DNA of 49,370 nucleotides from a virus (Duplodnaviria; Heunggongvirae; Uroviricota; Caudoviricetes): IMG/VR virus record IMGVR_UViG_2522572023_000012; one strand, 5' to 3'. Shown piece by piece: positions 44,142 to 49,370 of this stretch (position 1 is its first letter; each line of letters starts with the position of its first letter). The notes under the pieces were generated by a model. It saw only the letters and a program-made list of their open reading frames with translations, ran no database searches and was not told where the DNA came from. The position numbers and the translations under genes were made by a program.

Positions 44142-47100
44142 ATGGCAGTAAAGATTTCAGGTGTACTGAAAGACGGCACAGGAAAACCGGTACAGAACTG
44201 CACAATCCAGCTGAAAGCAAAACGTAACAGTACCACTGTGGTGGTGAACACGCTGGCCTCAGAAAATCCGGATGAAGCCGGGCGTTACAGTATGGACGTT
44301 GAGTACGGTCAGTACAGCGTTATTCTGTTGGTGGAGGGATTCCCGCCGTCACATGCCGGGACCATCACCGTGTATGAAGATTCTCAACCCGGTACGCTGA
44401 ATGATTTTCTCGGTGCCATGACGGAGGATGATACCCGTCCGGAGGCACTGCGACGTTTTGAACTGATGGTGGAAGAGGTGGCGCGTAACGCGTCCGCGGT
44501 GGCACAGAACACAGCAGCCGCGAAGAAGTCAGCCAGCAATGCCAGCACATCAGCCCGTGAGGCGGCAACCCATGCGACTGATGCTGCAGGCTCAGCACGC
44601 GCAGCCAGCACGTCAGCCGGACAGGCCGCGTCGTCGGCTCAGTCAGCGTCTTCCAGCGCAGGAACGGCATCAGCAAAGGCCACTGAAGCATCAAAAAGTG
44701 CTGCCGCTGCAGAGTCCTCAAAAAGCGCGGCGGCTACCAGTGCCGGTGCGGCGAAAACGTCAGAAACGAATGCGGCAGCGTCACAACAATCAGCAGCCAC
44801 TTCTGCATCCACCGCGACCACGAAAGCGTCAGAAGCAGCCACTTCAGCACGGGATGCGTCGGCTTCAAAAGAGGCGGCAAAATCATCAGAAACGAACGCA
44901 GCCTCGAGCGCCAGCAGCGCAGCTTCCTCGGCAACGGCGGCAGGAAATTCCGCGAAGGCGGCAAAAACGTCCGAGACGAACGCCAGGTCTTCTGAGACGG
45001 CAGCGGGACAGAGCGCCTCAGCTGCGGCAGGCTCAAAAACAGCGGCTGCGTCGTCTGCCAGTGCCGCGTCAACAAGTGCCGGGCAGGCCTCAGTCAGTGC
45101 CACCGCCGCCGGAAAATCGGCAGAAAGCGCCGCATCATCCGCTTCAACAGCCACAACGAAGGCTGGCGAAGCCACTGAGCAGGCCACGGCAGCAGCGAGG
45201 TCAGCTTCCGCAGCGAAGACATCCGAAACGAACGCGAAAGCGTCGGAAACCCGTGCAGAATCCTCAAAAACGGCAGCGGCATCGTCCGCCAGTTCGGCGG
45301 CGTCATCGGCCTCATCGGCGTCTGCTTCAAAAGATGAGGCGACCAGACAGGCGTCAGCAGCGAAGGGCAGCGCCACGACGGCATCCACGAAGGCGACAGA
45401 GGCTGCTGGTAGTGCGACGGCAGCAGCTCAGAGCAAAAGTACGGCGGAATCTGCAGCAACGCGCGCTGAGACAGCGGCAAAACGGGCAGAGGATATTGCA
45501 TCCGCCGTGGCGCTTGAGGATGCGAGCACGACGAAAAAGGGGATAGTACAGCTCAGCAGTGCGACCAACAGTACGTCTGAAACGCTGGCGGCAACGCCAA
45601 AGGCAGTAAAATCAGCCTATGACAATGCAGAGAAACGTCTGCAGAAAGACCAGAACGGCGCTGATATACCCGATAAGGGACGCTTCCTGAACAACATTAA
45701 CGCGGTCAGTAAAACAGACTTTGCTGATAAGCGTGGTATGCGTTATGTGCGGGTTAACGCTCCTGCAGGTGCAACATCTGGAAAATATTACCCTGTTGTT
45801 GTTATGCGTTCTGCTGGCTCAGTAAGCGAACTGGCATCAAGGGTCATTATCACCACGGCAACGCGAACCGCAGGCGATCCGATGAATAACTGCGAGTTTA
45901 ACGGATTTGTTATGCCTGGTGGCTGGACTGACAGGGGGCGTTATGCTTATGGAATGTTCTGGCAATATCAAAACAATGAACGAGCCATCCACTCAATAAT
46001 GATGAGTAATAAGGGCGATGATTTGCGCTCTGTGTTCTATGTTGATGGCGCTGCTTTCCCTGTTTTTGCGTTTATCGAAGATGGCCTGTCAATATCCGCA
46101 CCTGGTGCTGATCTCGTTGTTAATGATACGACCTATAAGTTTGGGGCAACAAATCCAGCGACTGAATGTATCGCGGCGGACGTTATCCTTGATTTTAAGA
46201 GTGGGCGTGGTTTTTATGAGTCTCATTCGTTAATCGTTAACGATAACTTGTCGTGCAAAAAACTTTTTGCCACAGACGAAATTGTAGCGCGTGGTGGTAA
46301 TCAGATTCGAATGATAGGTGGGGAGTATGGTGCATTATGGCGTAATGATGGCGCTAAAACTTACCTGCTGCTTACCAATCAAGGTGATGTTTATGGTGGC
46401 TGGAATACATTAAGACCGTTTGCTATTGATAACGCAACCGGCGAGCTGGTTATTGGAACCAAACTGTCCGCAAGTCTGAACGGTAATGCATTAACAGCAA
46501 CAAAGCTGCAAACGCCAAGACGGGTTTCTGGTGTTGAGTTTGATGGTTCCAAAGATATTACTTTAACCGCCGCGCATGTGGCTGCTTTTGCCAGAAGAGC
46601 AACGGATACGTATGCCGATGCGGATGGGGGCGTTCCATGGAATGCCGAATCAGGCGCTTACAATGTCACCCGCTCTGGCGACAGCTATATTCTGGTTAAC
46701 TTCTATACCGGAGTCGGAAGTTGCCGGACCCTGCAGATGAAGGCGCATTACAGAAATGGAGGTCTGTTCTACCGTTCCTCAAGAGATGGCTATGGTTTTG
46801 AGGAAGACTGGGCAGAAGTTTATACCTCGAAAAATCTTCCACCAGAAAGCTACCCAGTCGGCGCACCAATCCCGTGGCCATCAGATACCGTTCCGTCTGG
46901 TTATGCCCTGATGCAGGGGCAGACTTTTGACAAATCTGCATACCCGAAACTTGCAGCCGCTTATCCGTCAGGCGTGATCCCTGATATGCGTGGCTGGACG
47001 ATTAAGGGCAAACCTGCCAGTGGTCGGGCCGTATTGTCTCAGGAACAGGACGGCATTAAATCGCACACCCACAGCGCCAGCGCATCCAGTACGGATTTGG

Positions 47101-47495
47101 GGACGAAAACCACATCGTCGTTTGATTACGGCACTAAATCCACGAATAACACCGGGGCGCATACGCACAGTGTGAGCGGTACAGCCGCAAGTGCCGGAAA
47201 CCATACTCATAGTGTCACAGGCGCATCAGCAGTCAGCCAGTGGTCACAAAATGGGTCAGTACATAAGGTAGTGTCTGCGGCCAGTGTGAATACAAGTGCT
47301 GCAGGAGCGCACACTCATAGTGTTAGCGGCACAGCCGCATCTGCAGGTGCTCACGCACATACTGTCGGTATTGGTGCTCATACGCACTCTGTTGCGATTG
47401 GCTCACATGGACACACTATCACCGTTAACGCTGCTGGTAACGCGGAAAACACCGTCAAAAACATCGCATTTAACTACATTGTGAGGCTTGCATAA
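44142..47495 (+). CDS. stf: Side tail fibre protein (Stf-like) with long Ala/Ser/Thr-rich repeat region and C-terminal His-rich repeats
   Basis: N-terminus [26 protein letters not shown] as in lambda Stf; about 300 aa of A/S/T-rich repeats (...SETNA...); C-terminal repeated GAHTHSV motifs. Confidence 0.85.
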   Translation: MAVKISGVLKDGTGKPVQNCTIQLKAKRNSTTVVVNTLASENPDEAGRYSMDVEYGQYSVILLVEGFPPSHAGTITVYEDSQPGTLNDFLGAMTEDDTRPEALRRFELMVEEVARNASAVAQNTAAAKKSASNASTSAREAATHATDAAGSARAASTSAGQAASSAQSASSSAGTASAKATEASKSAAAAESSKSAAATSAGAAKTSETNAAASQQSAATSASTATTKASEAATSARDASASKEAAKSSETNAASSASSAASSATAAGNSAKAAKTSETNARSSETAAGQSASAAAGSKTAAASSASAASTSAGQASVSATAAGKSAESAASSASTATTKAGEATEQATAAARSASAAKTSETNAKASETRAESSKTAAASSASSAASSASSASASKDEATRQASAAKGSATTASTKATEAAGSATAAAQSKSTAESAATRAETAAKRAEDIASAVALEDASTTKKGIVQLSSATNSTSETLAATPKAVKSAYDNAEKRLQKDQNGADIPDKGRFLNNINAVSKTDFADKRGMRYVRVNAPAGATSGKYYPVVVMRSAGSVSELASRVIITTATRTAGDPMNNCEFNGFVMPGGWTDRGRYAYGMFWQYQNNERAIHSIMMSNKGDDLRSVFYVDGAAFPVFAFIEDGLSISAPGADLVVNDTTYKFGATNPATECIAADVILDFKSGRGFYESHSLIVNDNLSCKKLFATDEIVARGGNQIRMIGGEYGALWRNDGAKTYLLLTNQGDVYGGWNTLRPFAIDNATGELVIGTKLSASLNGNALTATKLQTPRRVSGVEFDGSKDITLTAAHVAAFARRATDTYADADGGVPWNAESGAYNVTRSGDSYILVNFYTGVGSCRTLQMKAHYRNGGLFYRSSRDGYGFEEDWAEVYTSKNLPPESYPVGAPIPWPSDTVPSGYALMQGQTFDKSAYPKLAAAYPSGVIPDMRGWTIKGKPASGRAVLSQEQDGIKSHTHSASASSTDLGTKTTSSFDYGTKSTNNTGAHTHSVSGTAASAGNHTHSVTGASAVSQWSQNGSVHKVVSAASVNTSAAGAHTHSVSGTAASAGAHAHTVGIGAHTHSVAIGSHGHTITVNAAGNAENTVKNIAFNYIVRLA

Positions 47496-48070
47496 TGGCA
47501 TTCAGAATGAGTGAACAACCACGGACCATAAAAATTTATAATCTGCTGGCCGGAACTAATGAATTTATTGGTGAAGGTGACGCATATATTCCGCCTCATA
47601 CAGGTCTGCCAGCAAACAGTACCGATATTGCACCGCCAGATATTCCGGCAGGCTTCGTGGCTGTTTTCAACAGTGATGAGGCATCGTGGCATCTCGTTGA
47701 AGACCATCGGGGTAAAACGGTTTATGACGTAGCGTCAGGGGACGCGTTATTTATTTCTGAACTCGGTCCGTTACCGGAAAATGTTACCTGGTTATCGCCG
47801 GAAGGGGAGTTTCAGAAGTGGAACGGCACAGCCTGGGTGAAAGATGCAGAAGCAGAAAAACTGTTCCGGATCCGGGAGGCGGAAGAAACAAAAAACAGCC
47901 TGATGCAGGTAGCCAGTGAGCATATTGCGCCGCTTCAGGATGCTGCAGATCTGGAAATTGCAACGGAGGAAGAAATCTCGTTGCTGGAAGCATGGAAAAA
48001 GTATCGGGTATTGCTGAACCGTGTTGATACGTCAACTGCACAGGATATTGAATGGCCAGCACTGCCGTAG
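47495..48070 (+). CDS. tfa: Tail fibre assembly protein (Tfa)
   Basis: 191 aa directly after stf with ATG overlapping its stop. Confidence 0.85.
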   Translation: MAFRMSEQPRTIKIYNLLAGTNEFIGEGDAYIPPHTGLPANSTDIAPPDIPAGFVAVFNSDEASWHLVEDHRGKTVYDVASGDALFISELGPLPENVTWLSPEGEFQKWNGTAWVKDAEAEKLFRIREAEETKNSLMQVASEHIAPLQDAADLEIATEEEISLLEAWKKYRVLLNRVDTSTAQDIEWPALP

Positions 48071-48167
48071 GGTAAAACATATAAATTCTATAATTAGATG
48101 TATCTTTCCATTTACGGCAAGGAAGGGGGCTTGGAAGACGTAAAGCATCTCACACCAAGATTATTTT

Positions 48168-48758
48168 TTATATGTCAGGTGTCTGAAGTTTTGCTTTGGC
48201 TCTTAAAATGGTTTGCCGCGAGGTTTTGAATTCCCGGGCAATGGCACTTATACTTACACCTGACTTAATCCGTTCGAATACCACCTGTTTCTGTTCTTCA
48301 TTTAACACAGGTGGTCGACCAAAACGTTTCCCTGCGCCCCGGGCTCTTACTATCCCGGAATGAGTGCGTTCAAGTAAAAGGTCTCGTTCAAATTCAGCGA
48401 CTGCTGAAATTACTTGCATCATCATTTTTCCTGTTGGACTGGTCAGGTCAATGCCCCCCAATGCTAAGCAATGCACTCTGATACCTGTTTCGGTCAGTTG
48501 TTCCACTGTTTTCCTGATATCCATTGCATTACAACCAAGGCGATCCAGTTTTGTCACAATCAATTGATCACCACATTTCAGGCGAGCAAGCAACCGGTTA
48601 AAACCAGGACGCTCACTGGTTGCTGCTGAGCCGCTAATGTGTTCTTCGATTATTTGCTGAGGTTTGATTTTAAAACCTGCACTTTCGATTTCCCGGCGTT
48701 GATTTTCGGTGGTCTGATCCAGCGTTGATATCCGACAGTAAGCAAAAATTCGAGACAT
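48168..48758 (-). CDS. Serine recombinase (resolvase/invertase family)
   Basis: N-terminal catalytic motif YCRISTLDQ (Ser nucleophile), LDRLGCN, and a C-terminal HTH ([18 protein letters not shown]). Confidence 0.85.
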
Positions 48759-49136
48759 AGTGAGACTCTATACGAAATTGGTGTACATATCATAATGCAT
48801 ATCCAAAAATTATTTCGCTTATTATTGTACATATTTGTATGTATACGTTCGAAAATAAACGAATTCGGATGCAGTCCCGTAATTTTGGTGTAACCAAAAA
48901 TCGATTTTTTGAAAAATGGCTTTAACTCGGTTTGTTTTTCGAACTCCGGGCGGACTCGAGGAAGACGAATAATAGTGTTGTATGTTATTTCAACCAGATT
49001 TTAAGTTGTTTGGTCGTGGAAAAGTGGAGCAAAATGTTGTTAAAGTGGAAAAATGGTAAAAAAAGTAGGTTGTTGCGGAATAACGTAGTTGTTGATATTT
49101 TTTTAATGCATTGAAAAATTATTTTTCAGGGGGGTA

Positions 49137-49370
49137 TTACACTTTACCATTTAAATTTTGGTTGTCTTTAAGAACTGATATCGCTGTTTGTAATAATTCT
49201 TTGTTATCCAGCCATGACTTTTTCTTTATGTTTCCTTCAATGTAATCAAGCAATGTTCTGGTATTGATAGGTCTTCCCTGTTTTGCTACTTCCACGACAG
49301 CATCTCCCAGGATAATTCTGACTTCAGGAAGCTGCGCAGGGAACCACTTTAGGGTGTCTTTTGATTTCAT
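49137..49370 (-). CDS. 3' end of an unidentified gene running off the window
   Basis: 77 codons in frame to the window edge; AT-rich. Confidence 0.3.
   Translation of the reverse strand: MKSKDTLKWFPAQLPEVRIILGDAVVEVAKQGRPINTRTLLDYIEGNIKKKSWLDNKELLQTAISVLKDNQNLNGKV

Noticed and set aside
44365-45546. Alternative-frame and antisense ORFs (up to 335 aa) across the tail fibre repeat region
   Set aside because: Artefacts of the low-complexity Ala/Ser repeat DNA; the stf frame is continuous with a lambda-like N-terminus.
47400-48170. Invertible tail-fibre segment (Pin/Gin-type) around tfa
   Set aside because: Only one tfa copy and no pair of inverted crossover sites found by eye; the recombinase does not visibly flank an invertible segment.

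Overview
The window is almost entirely one lambdoid prophage (about 48.5 kb, Escherichia-type; Qin-like early/lysis cargo joined to a lambda-like tail module). Order: P4-like tyrosine integrase (386-1603), an AT-rich cargo islet, leftward early genes (excisionase-like, DUF551 x2, HD phosphohydrolase, DUF2303), cI/cro immunity, an iteron-containing replication initiator with a DnaT-like C-terminus, RusA, KilA-N, DUF968, antiterminator Q, cold-shock paralogs (cspF-like, cspB, cspI) interleaved with holin/endolysin/Rz/Rz1, cos and terminase, portal, a fused protease-capsid gene, then tail genes Z-like, U, V, G/T, H, M, L, K, I, J, lom, stf, tfa, and a serine recombinase (48168-48758). Two IS elements interrupt it: a 5'-truncated IS629-like copy in the early-left region, and a complete 2442-bp ISEc8-like IS66-family element with an 8-bp target duplication that splits major tail gene V, so the prophage is probably tail-defective. 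The most unusual feature is the 2.2-kb AT-rich single-gene islet between int and the excisionase: a ~700-aa protein whose C-terminal region carries a caspase-like CHAT His/Cys dyad behind a ~450-aa N-terminal region I cannot assign. I read this as a candidate undescribed single-gene anti-phage or abortive-infection module. All calls are from reading the sequence and recalled family knowledge; no searches were run, and start coordinates are approximate to a few bases.
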